Shown here: positions 8,919 through 18,425 of the stretch, piece by piece
How positions within the stretch are numbered: position 1 is the first letter of the stretch
Layout of the letters: every line of letters begins with the position of its first letter
From: a virus
Reading direction: 5' to 3' (one strand)
DNA length: 64,000 bases
Virus record (IMG/VR): IMGVR_UViG_3300027969_000074
Location: 1 to 64,000 of that record
Notes under the pieces: model-generated
The model's database searches: none
Told to the model about the DNA's origin: nothing
What the model saw: only the letters and a program-made list of their open reading frames with translations
Translations under genes and position numbers: made by a program

Positions 8919-10883
8919 ATGGCAAAGTCTTTTATAGAAGCAATTAATGAATCGAATATTAATCAGGGTGGGCTAGTTGATGAAATGGGGGTTAAACGCC
9001 CTGAGCGATTAGCTGGAAGTCATATTGGTAGAGCTAGACAGGAAACAGTTACTCGTAGACAACAGCTTGCAAATCAGCCAGTTCGTAGAAGTTACTCAGA
9101 AGTTGCAGCAGATTTAACTCGTGCACTAAAACAGGTTCCTAGAATTGAGATTACAATGGAAAAGCCTAGTAATACCAGAGATTATTATCCAAGATTTCCA
9201 CAACCTATTGTTGATTTACTCAAGGAACTCAAGCAAATTGATGAAGGCCGAATGAAAGAGGATTTTGGTAAATGGAGAGACGTATATCCATCAGGTACGG
9301 CTGTTTATCTTAGAACTGAAGAGCCTAGCTCATTTCAACGCAGCCATTTCCCAAATGACGGAATTAGACCAGCTCTTAGAGGTACAGGCTTAGGTTACAA
9401 ATTGTACAGAACACTATTAAAATATGCAGGTTATATTTCATCAAATTCAAGCGGAACTACTGAAAAAGACAAAGCTTGGGGATCATTGTTGGACTATAAA
9501 GCAAATCCAGATGGAACGCCATCAGTTGATGATGCGCTAGCAATAATTGGTCCAGGAAGTTGGATGGCAATGGATAAAGGAATAAGTACTCAATCAAAAA
9601 TTGATGTAGCTGAGAGATTTATTGAACGCCAAATCGGATTTAATAACACAAAACCGGACAGATTTGATATTGACGATGAACTTCTTTCAATTCTACCTGA
9701 TACTTTTTTAACAAAGTTAGATGATGAGTACTTAGCGTCATTAGGTCGAGACGGCCGTATATCAAATGAGAGATTTAGCTCAATTAATGCAGCTAGATCA
9801 GAAGTGCAGCGTCTTGACAGAGAAAGAGCAGAGCGCCAAGCAATCGAAGATAGAGAGCGTAGAACTCGTGAAGAGGCTGAAACTCGACAACGCCTTGCTT
9901 CTCGTATTAGACAATTCGGCGCAGACCCAGATGCAGAATGGCAAGTTGGCGACTTTATTGTAGTTAAAAGCTACCTGTATGATGCAGGCTACGATAGCTT
10001 ACCAATTAGGCAAGTAGTTGATGTACGCAACGGGACTTATATTGCTGCTGGTATATCAGATGTTATTCGAATTGAAGCTGGCGAACGTACCCCAGGTGAT
10101 GCAAATGACACTCGGACAACTACTGATAAATCACAATGGGTTAAAGTAAATATTGAAAATATTCCTGATCTAGATAGAGTTAACCTAACCCCAGCCGGTA
10201 AACTCTTTATTCTTAATAGATTAAGCCCTGAAGTAGTTCAACAGCGTCGAGATGCGGAAGCTCAAGCAGAAAGAGAACGTATTGAAAGAGATCGTTCTCA
10301 AAATTTGGCCAGAACTGCAGACAAAGCCCTATTTGGTAAACTTGATTTTACTGGAGCTGAATTAAAACAGGCTGTTAATAATCGCCAAACCTTGGCGAAT
10401 CTTGACTTGCTTAAGAAAATCAGAACTGGTAATTTTGCAAAATTTGTAGTTCTAGCAGAACCTCAACAGGCCTCTCTTAGAGGAGCCGCTGGAGTTCCAG
10501 TATTTGTCGCGATTGAAAGACTAGGCAGAGCAACAAGGTCAGTTGAAAGCCCGCAGGAATTAATAAGTAATCCGCGTAATATTATGCTAGTTAATGTAGT
10601 TACTGGTAAAATGGTTGAAGGTCCATTTGTTGGAATGGGATTAATTGCACTAGGCCTTGAACCAGTTACAGAACAGGATAAATTAATGGCAAGAGCTGGA
10701 GATCACTACTATATCGCAAATCACCAAAACAATTGGGGTATTTTATCTAAATGCGATTATACAACCAGAAATACTGCAAATCAGCCGTTTATTTACTTAC
10801 GAACATTTGGTGGAGCTGAAAGACCTACTCCAGTTAGATTAGATCTTTTAAGAAAGATAACTGACAGGACTGAGATTGTCTAA
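8919..10883 (+). CDS. Large virion-internal protein with GNAT-like acetyl-CoA-binding domain and charged coiled coils
   Basis: MAKSFIEAINE leader; IRPALRGTGLGYKLY (motif A RxxGxG); ATAAATAA at 8887-8894. Confidence 0.6.
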   Translation: MAKSFIEAINESNINQGGLVDEMGVKRPERLAGSHIGRARQETVTRRQQLANQPVRRSYSEVAADLTRALKQVPRIEITMEKPSNTRDYYPRFPQPIVDLLKELKQIDEGRMKEDFGKWRDVYPSGTAVYLRTEEPSSFQRSHFPNDGIRPALRGTGLGYKLYRTLLKYAGYISSNSSGTTEKDKAWGSLLDYKANPDGTPSVDDALAIIGPGSWMAMDKGISTQSKIDVAERFIERQIGFNNTKPDRFDIDDELLSILPDTFLTKLDDEYLASLGRDGRISNERFSSINAARSEVQRLDRERAERQAIEDRERRTREEAETRQRLASRIRQFGADPDAEWQVGDFIVVKSYLYDAGYDSLPIRQVVDVRNGTYIAAGISDVIRIEAGERTPGDANDTRTTTDKSQWVKVNIENIPDLDRVNLTPAGKLFILNRLSPEVVQQRRDAEAQAERERIERDRSQNLARTADKALFGKLDFTGAELKQAVNNRQTLANLDLLKKIRTGNFAKFVVLAEPQQASLRGAAGVPVFVAIERLGRATRSVESPQELISNPRNIMLVNVVTGKMVEGPFVGMGLIALGLEPVTEQDKLMARAGDHYYIANHQNNWGILSKCDYTTRNTANQPFIYLRTFGGAERPTPVRLDLLRKITDRTEIV

Positions 10884-11632
10884 ATCACAATTGGCGGATT
10901 CTTTCGATAGAACTCTGCCAATCTTTCTCTGAATTTAAAATAGTATTCTCTCATTTCACTAGAGTCCATTCTAAAGTGTTGTGGAGCTAAGTTTAATTCG
11001 TTTGAAATCCAAATTCTACAAGTAACTGTCTTAACCTGCATACGGTCCCAAACTGCAACCGAATATGCTGCGACTTGGTGCTTATAATCTTCAATCCATT
11101 TTTCTTCCTTGGGTTTACGAGCGGTCTTAAAATCTACAATTGCATGGTCGCCAGTTATTAATTCAGAAACATTATCAACTGTGCCAGCAAATCCACCATC
11201 TCTAGCCGTCCATAAGAATCGCTCTTGAGCAATTACTCGTTTAATTTCGTCAAATGAATTTGATTTTATAAAATTATAGAAGAGCATGCCTCCCACAATT
11301 TTTGCCCGATTATCAAATTGATCAATTTCATCATCTATTCTGGCCAAGGACAAAGTGTCCTCAAGTCTGTCTTTTGCAGACATCGACTGCGGCAGATTAA
11401 GATAAATTTCGCATAACCGGTGCATCACAGTTCCTCGGTTAGCTGCATCTTGGCCGATTTGATCAGCTTTTTGGTGACCTATACGGTTTCTCCAAGCATC
11501 AAGTCCAGATTTATCAGAGGTATCTCCAAGTACAGAGGTTACACTTGGGAAAGTTCCAAGTATTCCAGTTGAGTCAGATACTTGATAGTATCGAAATCCA
11601 TTCAGCACAACTCGTTTAATTGATTCAGACAT
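10880..11632 (-). CDS. PD-(D/E)XK exonuclease (phage Cas4-like/MGME1-like)
   Basis: PSVTSVL, RGT.MH..CE, AGTVD, IVDFKT, Q.AAY. Confidence 0.85.
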   Translation of the reverse strand: MSESIKRVVLNGFRYYQVSDSTGILGTFPSVTSVLGDTSDKSGLDAWRNRIGHQKADQIGQDAANRGTVMHRLCEIYLNLPQSMSAKDRLEDTLSLARIDDEIDQFDNRAKIVGGMLFYNFIKSNSFDEIKRVIAQERFLWTARDGGFAGTVDNVSELITGDHAIVDFKTARKPKEEKWIEDYKHQVAAYSVAVWDRMQVKTVTCRIWISNELNLAPQHFRMDSSEMREYYFKFRERLAEFYRKNPPIVI

Positions 11633-11681
11633 TAGATAAATAATTTAGTATCTATTACACAATAAACATTTAAAGTTTAAC

Positions 11682-12047
11682 ATGATTAAGACATTTACAG
11701 AATTTAATTCAAATCTTAATGAAGGCGGTTTCTTAGACTGGCTAACTGGTAAAAGCGAAGAAGGCACAGTCAAGAAGCAGGGCAATACCGATAATCAGGA
11801 TTTAATTGACGATAAAATTTCTGAATTTTATAAAACCCTTGAAGACTTCGCAGGAGCAAATAAGGCTGTACCGGTTCAAAAATTAGGAGAAATGCAGTAT
11901 TCAAAGATGGTTGAAAATATTCAAACTGCCCTAATTTTCTTAGGTTATCCACTTCCGAAATTTGGAGTAGACGGTTATTTTGGACCAGAAACAGCCAATG
12001 CAATAAAGAAATTTAATGAGGATACTAAAAAAGATCAGGGAATATAA
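11682..12047 (+). CDS. Peptidoglycan-binding domain protein with capsid-targeting-like leader
   Basis: QTAL..LGY.....GVDG.FGPET..AIKKF; MIKTFTEFNSNLNE. Confidence 0.8.
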   Translation: MIKTFTEFNSNLNEGGFLDWLTGKSEEGTVKKQGNTDNQDLIDDKISEFYKTLEDFAGANKAVPVQKLGEMQYSKMVENIQTALIFLGYPLPKFGVDGYFGPETANAIKKFNEDTKKDQGI

Positions 12048-13381
12048 TGATCAAAATTAAATCATATACTGACTTTAAAAATACACTAACTGAAGCATCA
12101 AATGCTGACGAATTAAGAGATAAACTTTCCGATCTAGGGTATGCTGAAAAATCAAAAGAGCTTAGTAGCGGTGGAGATATTACAGATGATATTCAAAAAA
12201 TAGCTGAAGTAGTATTATCTGAATTTAAAAAGATTGCGCCTAATATCCAAGTTAAAGTAACTAGTGGAAATGATGCATTTCATCACAATTTATCTTATGT
12301 TAGTAGACATACAAAAGGTCAAGCGGTCGATCTTGTAGTTACTCCAAATACAGAAGACTCTCGTAGTAAAATGATTTCTGTGTTAAACCGAGTATCTGAT
12401 GGTACTCCAGGTTTCAGTTACATTGATGAATACTCTAATCCAACTAAGGCCGCAACTGCTGGACACTTTCACCTGTCTTATGGAACTCGTCCAGAAAATT
12501 CAAGAACGTCTAATGTAAAGACGGATGACCCAATTGAAGTTACTGGGTTGACTGGCGCAGAAGCAACCGCTAGTAATTTATCTAGCAGCGGTATTGTAAT
12601 TGACTCAGACTTAATTAAGAGACTTATTACAAAATTAAAAGAAAAGAATTTTTCTCAAGCTGATTTAGACAAATATTCAACTTCATTGACTGCAGGTAAG
12701 GGTACTAATTTTAAAGCGGAAGGAGGCTTTCCAAAAGAAAATATGGTTGCATTAGAAAAATCAATGGACAAAAATGGAATAACTAATGAATTTGCACGTA
12801 AAGCAATTTTAGGAGTAATTTCAAAAGAGTCAGCAAAAGGAGGTAGTGAAACTTCCTATTTTAGTACGCCAATTGCAAGAATGAAAGAGGTATTTGGAGC
12901 CAGAATTTCAAAATACGCAGATGAAGAAATTGAAGGTTGGAGACAATTGGGTAAAGCTGGCTTTGACAGTAAATTTTGGGAAGCTGTGTATGGAGGAATG
13001 AACGGTAATACTGAATCCGGAGATGGAGAAAAATACAGAGGAAGAGGTTTTAACGGAATAACATTTAAAGGAAATTACGAAAACTTACAAAAGATTTATA
13101 ATAGTTCAAATCAGTCTTTAGGTAATATTAATATTGTTAAAAATCCTGAACTTCTTGAAAAACCTGAAGTTGCAGCAGAATTTGCAATCCTGTATTTCAT
13201 AGATTCATTTAAGAGACACGGTAAAAATCCAAATAACTATTCGGATTTAGATTCAGCAGTTACTGACTATATTAGAGCAAATGCAGGTTGGGGAACTTCG
13301 TTAAATGGAGCAGTAGTTTCAGCAGGTTTACAAAAAGCAAAAGCTTTTGCAAGTTCATTAGACTCAACTGAAACTGCCTAA
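12047..13381 (+). CDS. Bifunctional cell-wall hydrolase: M15-like Zn peptidase plus GH19 lysozyme/chitinase-like domain
   Basis: SRHTKGQAVD...GHFHLS; KES...YGGMNGN...GDGEKYRGRGF..IT.K.NY. Confidence 0.8.
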   Translation: MIKIKSYTDFKNTLTEASNADELRDKLSDLGYAEKSKELSSGGDITDDIQKIAEVVLSEFKKIAPNIQVKVTSGNDAFHHNLSYVSRHTKGQAVDLVVTPNTEDSRSKMISVLNRVSDGTPGFSYIDEYSNPTKAATAGHFHLSYGTRPENSRTSNVKTDDPIEVTGLTGAEATASNLSSSGIVIDSDLIKRLITKLKEKNFSQADLDKYSTSLTAGKGTNFKAEGGFPKENMVALEKSMDKNGITNEFARKAILGVISKESAKGGSETSYFSTPIARMKEVFGARISKYADEEIEGWRQLGKAGFDSKFWEAVYGGMNGNTESGDGEKYRGRGFNGITFKGNYENLQKIYNSSNQSLGNINIVKNPELLEKPEVAAEFAILYFIDSFKRHGKNPNNYSDLDSAVTDYIRANAGWGTSLNGAVVSAGLQKAKAFASSLDSTETA

Positions 13382-13584
13382 TATTCAAGATCATAATAGA
13401 TCCTGAATCCAAAATCCCAAATGAGTATATTAAAACTTACTATTAATAGCCAAGAGCTAACTCCAGATTCAATAAAGTGACCTTCTGGATTATATGTAAT
13501 ATACGGGGAAATTAAGCCAATTTGCTTAAAGACTGGTGACCATGTTTTATAACAATACGGTTCAATTCTTAATACTTTCTTCAT
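13378..13584 (-). CDS. Small hypothetical protein
   Basis: ATGA overlap with the upstream GNAT gene. Confidence 0.45.
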   Translation of the reverse strand: MKKVLRIEPYCYKTWSPVFKQIGLISPYITYNPEGHFIESGVSSWLLIVSFNILIWDFGFRIYYDLEY

Positions 13585-13928
13585 AATTTAACTACTTTAA
13601 ATAGGGCCTTTTCAATTGCATATCCGTTGTTGATAAAATATTTTAAACTATCAACATTACAGTGTGCATAAATAGATTTATCTGATTCTTTTATTTTAGA
13701 GTCTCTATAGTTCCACAATAATTTATAGATACCCTGACTTCTGTGTTCTTCTTTAACGTATGCATGACAAAGATAAATTACAGCAGCGTGTTCAACATAT
13801 GAAACTACTCCAACCAATTCATCTTTAATAAAGCACCCATAATAAGTTGCATATTCGTCTAATAGATCAGGCTTAAGTTCGCTGAATTCATGATCAACTT
13901 CCTTATATGTTATTTTTCTAATTTCCAT
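13581..13928 (-). CDS. GNAT acetyltransferase
   Basis: AYVKEEHRSQGIYKLL motif A; N..S..Y...GY. Confidence 0.85.
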   Translation of the reverse strand: MEIRKITYKEVDHEFSELKPDLLDEYATYYGCFIKDELVGVVSYVEHAAVIYLCHAYVKEEHRSQGIYKLLWNYRDSKIKESDKSIYAHCNVDSLKYFINNGYAIEKALFKVVKL

Positions 13929-13931
13929 ATC

Positions 13932-15230
13932 TTAATTGGATAAAGGCGCTTTAATTGATTGATGTGATTGATAATTGCCTAATTGAATATCTTCCTCCAA
14001 TAAACACTTACAAAAATTATCATCAGTGAAATTATTAAATATTGAGATTGCCTCTATTGGGCCATCTTCAGTTTCTCTAGCCCAAAACTCAGTATTAATA
14101 TTTAAAGAAGGTAATTCAAACGGTACTCTACTATAATATGGAATCTTATAAATATCATAATATTCAGAAAGACCTCCGCCGAATGGCATTAGTTCAGCAA
14201 CCGCTGACTGGTACGCGACCGGTCCCATTGCATCTTTCAACATAGACCCCCGTTCTTCATGGTCATATTTTCTTCCAATTTGTTCTTTTGCTTGTTCAAT
14301 ATGATTTGAATATAAATGAGTATCACCTAAATTTCCTATCAATTCGTCAGGTACCATATTAACTGAAGTAGCAATGATTTCCAATAACAATCCATAAGAA
14401 GCAATATTGAATGGTAAACCTAAAAACGTATCTACTGAACGTTGATTCCACATTAAAGAGATTGCTCTTGTCGGTAAACGTAACTTGTCAGCCCATTCTT
14501 TTGTTAATATTCCATCTATATTTATCTTATAACCATAGTCTTCTCTTTCTTCCCAACTCAACTCTCTCGTATAAACTTGAAATCCATAATGACAAGGTGG
14601 GAGAACCATTTGGTTTAATTCACCCACATTCCAAGCACTAACCATCAATCGTCTTGAGTCTGGATTTGTTTTAAGGTCGTTGATTAGGTTTGCTATTTGG
14701 TCTATAGGTTCATGTAAGGTATATCCAGTATTGTCTCCACTGTAATCTACTATCATGTTATCAAAATTTACTTTGTTCCATTTTCTCCATTGCTTACCGT
14801 AAATTGAACCTAACTCCCCCCACTTCTTAGCAAACTCATCATCTGTTTTAATACGTTCAATAAATCCTTCTTTACTTAGAATATTGTAATCAGTTGCCTC
14901 TTTAAGTATACCCTCGTCAGTAGCTTTATCAATTGATAGCTTAACGGTCTTTTCATAATTCTTATATGCATCACCATCCCAAATATGACATCCGTTATCA
15001 ACTAAGAACTTGATATTAGTATCGCCACGTAGGAACCATAACAATTCAGTTACAATAGTTTTAAATGGCATCTTCTTAGTTGTAAGTAAAGGAAATCCTT
15101 CTGACATTTTGTGTCTGATTTGTCTTCCAAATACCGAAATCGTACCAGTTCCTGTTCTGTCAGATTTGGTTACTCCATTATCTAAAATATCTTGGAGTAG
15201 TGCTTGATATTGTTTATCTAAACTATTCAT
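13932..15230 (-). CDS. thyA: Thymidylate synthase with insertions
   Basis: DRTGTGT, ELLWFLRG, PDSRR, LPPCH, QRSVD.FLGLPFNIASY, DTHLY.NH. Confidence 0.96.
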   Translation of the reverse strand: MNSLDKQYQALLQDILDNGVTKSDRTGTGTISVFGRQIRHKMSEGFPLLTTKKMPFKTIVTELLWFLRGDTNIKFLVDNGCHIWDGDAYKNYEKTVKLSIDKATDEGILKEATDYNILSKEGFIERIKTDDEFAKKWGELGSIYGKQWRKWNKVNFDNMIVDYSGDNTGYTLHEPIDQIANLINDLKTNPDSRRLMVSAWNVGELNQMVLPPCHYGFQVYTRELSWEEREDYGYKINIDGILTKEWADKLRLPTRAISLMWNQRSVDTFLGLPFNIASYGLLLEIIATSVNMVPDELIGNLGDTHLYSNHIEQAKEQIGRKYDHEERGSMLKDAMGPVAYQSAVAELMPFGGGLSEYYDIYKIPYYSRVPFELPSLNINTEFWARETEDGPIEAISIFNNFTDDNFCKCLLEEDIQLGNYQSHQSIKAPLSN

Positions 15231-15232
15231 AA

Positions 15233-15380
15233 TTAAAACGGTTCATTAATAATTTGGTTAAGTCGTTTAATTTCAGCGATTACGTCATCACCTAATTCAA
15301 TTTTAGACATCATTGATAAGTCCATTACTTGACTGTATAATACTTTGATTAATAGGTCTTTTGCTTCTTCTTTGTTCATA
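15233..15380 (-). CDS. Small hypothetical protein
   Basis: Likely start MNKEEAK just after the stop of 15382..15735. Confidence 0.4.
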
Positions 15381-15381
15381 G

Positions 15382-15735
15382 TTAAAAATTTATTTCTCTC
15401 CAAGGACCTTCGTTTTGCCAAAATTCATAGGTTTCCCCGTCCTTAAATTGTTTATTATTTGATTTTATTTTTGAAATTTCAGCTGCTGCTTTAACTCCTT
15501 GGCGATTTGTAATTATTTGTTTCCATTGACTGTTTACCTCAGTAATTACAGGATCTTCAAAATTAATTGATACTCCAGTTTGGTCAATTATTACGACCTT
15601 TACTGAACCCAATACTTGCCAATCTGAACCAACTGTGATTCCATAAAGAAACAGGGTCCTAGACTCTTCAAGTTCCCCATGTGATTTTACTAGCTGATTA
15701 AATACTAGATTGCCTAAGTCAATAATATCTTTCAT
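15382..15735 (-). CDS. Hypothetical protein (predicted leaderless)
   Basis: TAGTATAAT-N6-ATG. Confidence 0.55.
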   Translation of the reverse strand: MKDIIDLGNLVFNQLVKSHGELEESRTLFLYGITVGSDWQVLGSVKVVIIDQTGVSINFEDPVITEVNSQWKQIITNRQGVKAAAEISKIKSNNKQFKDGETYEFWQNEGPWREINF

Positions 15736-15747
15736 GTTTTTATTATA

Positions 15748-16554
15748 CTATGATTGTAGACTTGGAACCCAATGTGTTGTGCGACCGTCTGGTGTTTCTT
15801 CCCTAACCACTACATTGCCTAATGGATCCTGTTTTTGAGCATAGACTTCAAACTCAAAGGTAAAGTCGCCAGCTTCTCCATTTACTTGGCGATAATTTCT
15901 GATACTTGCTCCGCCTTGATCGTATGAAGCTTTCATTATTAATTTACCCCAATTCCATAATTGACAGATCTCATCTTGTGTTAAATCTTGCACCAATCGA
16001 TATGGAGATATTTTAGAGCGATAGAGCATTTCACATTTAATATAATTACCAATGCCAGCAAACAAGGACTGATTCATTAGTGCTTCTGCAACAGTTTTTT
16101 TCTGAACTTTAGGCAGTTCAACCTTTCTAACAAAATCATACATGCTGGAAGTTTGATCGTTTAACATGTCAAGCCCAAGGCTCTCCAATTTTTTTGAAAG
16201 CTCTGACTTCAGTGTGAACTTTAAGGTACCGAATCGGCGCTGATCAACAAAATACAGAGACGTACCATCCTCAAAACCTATTCGGAAATGGCTATGAGGC
16301 TTAAGGCCAGTTGACCAGTACCCGCTCATTCCCAGTGTTATCCAGAGGCATGTCTCGTCACTAAATTCCAGCCAGATGAATTTGCCCTTAACTCCACCGC
16401 CGGTCACACGGACTGGCACCGATGTTTTAACGTTAAGATCGGGAGCCCTTTTTAGGAAACGGCCACCTAGCACCTCAAATTGACTAATTGTTTTTGTTTT
16501 AGCGATTTCCGAGATTCCCTCGTAAACTCGTCTGCATTCCGGACCTTCTGGCAT
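15748..16554 (-). CDS. Fpg/Nei DNA glycosylase/AP lyase, zincless-finger type
   Basis: MPEGPE, KGKF, LGMSG, DQRRFG, H2TH AGIGNY..E; no Cys4 finger (GRTTHWVP..Q). Confidence 0.93.
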   Translation of the reverse strand: MPEGPECRRVYEGISEIAKTKTISQFEVLGGRFLKRAPDLNVKTSVPVRVTGGGVKGKFIWLEFSDETCLWITLGMSGYWSTGLKPHSHFRIGFEDGTSLYFVDQRRFGTLKFTLKSELSKKLESLGLDMLNDQTSSMYDFVRKVELPKVQKKTVAEALMNQSLFAGIGNYIKCEMLYRSKISPYRLVQDLTQDEICQLWNWGKLIMKASYDQGGASIRNYRQVNGEAGDFTFEFEVYAQKQDPLGNVVVREETPDGRTTHWVPSLQS

Positions 16555-16590
16555 TAGATAAATAAGTTTATAAAATTATACCAAAAACAA

Positions 16591-17157
16591 ATGAAAAATT
16601 ACATTGCACTATTTGAAAGCTTTGAAGAGAGTTACGATGAATTCCACCAAGCACCAAATACAAAATCGGATTCTTTTTACCATAATATTTCAAAAGATCT
16701 AATTGAATTAGCTAGTAACTATACAAATGAGCCAGTTGAAATTGATCAACACTCCAATAAGTATGAAACGGCAAGCCGAATTAAAGATTTACAAAATGAT
16801 CTTATTACAAAAATTTATGACGAATTTGGAGAAGATATTGCTCAAAGTTTTGCAGACGAGTCTGATGCACTATTAGCAAGCCTAGAAATTTCCGAAAAGA
16901 AAAAAGGTTTATGGGATAATATTAATGCAAAAAGAAAGCGTGGAGAAAAACCTGCAAAGCCAGGAGAAAAAGGTTATCCAGCTCCAGGTGCTTTAAAATC
17001 TGCACAGAAAACTGAAGAGTCTATGAATAAGAAAAAGGTATTTGCAAAGACAAATAATATTCCAGACAATGGAGTGTTAAATGGTTCTAAAAAAGATACT
17101 AATATGGAAACTGGTAAAATGCCTCAATCTTTAAACCCTCGTAAAACTACTCGATAA
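16591..17157 (+). CDS. Hypothetical virion-internal protein, acidic N-half and basic C-half
   Basis: MKNYIALFESFEE; GLWDNINAKRKRGEKPAKPG; ATAAATAA at 16558-16565. Confidence 0.6.
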   Translation: MKNYIALFESFEESYDEFHQAPNTKSDSFYHNISKDLIELASNYTNEPVEIDQHSNKYETASRIKDLQNDLITKIYDEFGEDIAQSFADESDALLASLEISEKKKGLWDNINAKRKRGEKPAKPGEKGYPAPGALKSAQKTEESMNKKKVFAKTNNIPDNGVLNGSKKDTNMETGKMPQSLNPRKTTR

Positions 17158-17193
17158 TTTACTAGTATAACATAACATAAATTTAAAAGCAAT

Positions 17194-17391
17194 ATGTATT
17201 ATCTAGCAAAATTAAGATTTGAGTCGGAAGACGACAACGGCAAAACGAAAAAAATTCGTGAACAGTACTTGGTTGAAGCAACTTCAATTGGAGAAGCCGA
17301 AGAAAAATTATTAAAAAGATTTGGTGAAGGAATTTCCCCATGTCAATTAGAAGCGGTTCAAGAATCAAAGATTCTAGGCCTAATCGAATAA
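17194..17391 (+). CDS. DUF4494-like small protein
   Basis: Y.AK.RF....NGK.KK..EQYLVEA.S..EAE pattern recalled from the Bacteroidota family. Confidence 0.65.
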   Translation: MYYLAKLRFESEDDNGKTKKIREQYLVEATSIGEAEEKLLKRFGEGISPCQLEAVQESKILGLIE

Positions 17392-17407
17392 CCTAACTTA
17401 CTTAAAT

Positions 17408-17436
17408 AAAAAAGAGAGCAATTGCTCTCTTTTTTT
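17408..17436. terminator. Bidirectional intrinsic terminator
   Basis: A5-GAGAGC-AATT-GCTCTC-T-run. Confidence 0.85.
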
Positions 17437-17725
17437 ATGTATGTTTTACTGGAACTTTACAGACTGAAATTATCTTTCCAATTGGCGACCACCTGGCCTC
17501 TTCTTCATATGCAAACTTTTTGGTATCCCAAAGTTTAACTGAGCCAGTTTGATTCATTAGGGTCTGGGCAGCGCGTTCTGTTAAATTTGGAAAAGAAATT
17601 GCAGCTTCAAACAGTGCAATTTTATAGGCTCCCCTAAACGTACCAATAACGCATAGATGAGTTTGGGCTTCTCCAGTGACAGCTGTTATTAAGCAGACTT
17701 CTTTTGCTCTGGCTGGACTAGGCAT
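17435..17725 (-). CDS. Hypothetical protein
   Basis: 96-aa ORF coupled to the upstream gene. Confidence 0.5.
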   Translation of the reverse strand: MPSPARAKEVCLITAVTGEAQTHLCVIGTFRGAYKIALFEAAISFPNLTERAAQTLMNQTGSVKLWDTKKFAYEEEARWSPIGKIISVCKVPVKHT

Positions 17726-17942
17726 TAAAATATACCGGAAATTTTTCGACTAGACTTTTCAAGATTTGATTGTCAGTCTGGCCAGTTTTTGACTTTTCGT
17801 AAATATGATCCATCATATCTATACTGGTTGAATTGCCAATTACTGCATCAATTTTACGATTAATAAATTGAGTCGGCCCGTTTAATTTTACCTGTCTAGC
17901 AACTTCGGCTGGTTCAGGTACAAAATATTTGTTAAATCCCAT
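17718..17942 (-). CDS. Hypothetical protein
   Basis: Likely start MGFNKYF at 17942, 9 nt after GAGTATAAT. Confidence 0.5.
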   Translation of the reverse strand: MGFNKYFVPEPAEVARQVKLNGPTQFINRKIDAVIGNSTSIDMMDHIYEKSKTGQTDNQILKSLVEKFPVYFNA

Positions 17943-17966
17943 AGTAATATTATTATACTCTGTAAA

Positions 17967-18000
17967 CAAAAAAAAGGCTAGCTTTTTTACGGCTAGCCTT
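17967..18000 (-). terminator. Intrinsic terminator of the putative ncRNA
   Basis: Minus strand: AAGGCTAGC-CGTAAAAAA-GCTAGCC-T9. Confidence 0.85.
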
Positions 18001-18005
18001 GGTAT

Positions 18006-18421
18006 CGTCGGAAAAAACGTATGAGAGGGGTAGGGTTTACCTCCAATTTGATGCTGAGCTTGCGTTATAACGACAACCTTCGTACACTCCTGTCAGAGTC
18101 GACTCAAAGCAAGTTGGATCCGCTTGAATCACTATCGTGTTAACCACAACAGTACGAGTGCTTTATCCCACCTAGCAAAGGATTATTCAGCCATTTAACG
18201 GGACTATTTTATACCCGTATGCCGATTGCAAAATACCGAATATGTATATCAAAACCTTAGATTCCAGTGGTTAACTGGTTCAAGTTGATCGTTTGATCTG
18301 CTGGTTTCATCCAGCCCTTGCGGAGCATCCTCCTAATCTAAACCATTACCTGTTTTACAATCAGGTTGTTCTGGCACATACTCCTAACAGGATCATGACT
18401 TCCTACTAGGTTTTTCCAACG
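18006..18421 (-). ncRNA. Putative large structured non-coding RNA (family unassigned)
   Basis: No ORF in the track; about 43% GC by hand count; 11-bp end-closing helix, many hairpins, two crossing long-range helices; upstream TATAAT and downstream terminator. Confidence 0.75.
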
Positions 18422-18425
18422 TAAA

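Noticed and set aside
13932-15230. ThyA as a dCMP hydroxymethylase feeding the BGT-like enzyme
   Set aside because: It keeps the dUMP-specifying Asn (LPFNIASY) and canonical ThyA motifs; the insertions lack intein or intron signatures
18006-18421. RNase P RNA, group I intron or tRNA cluster
   Set aside because: AGGAAGUC and GGUAAACCC resemble RNase P words, but their spacing is wrong and the 3' P4 strand is missing; no group I P7 (R/S) elements, flanking exons or tRNA T-arm seen. Needs cmscan to exclude formally
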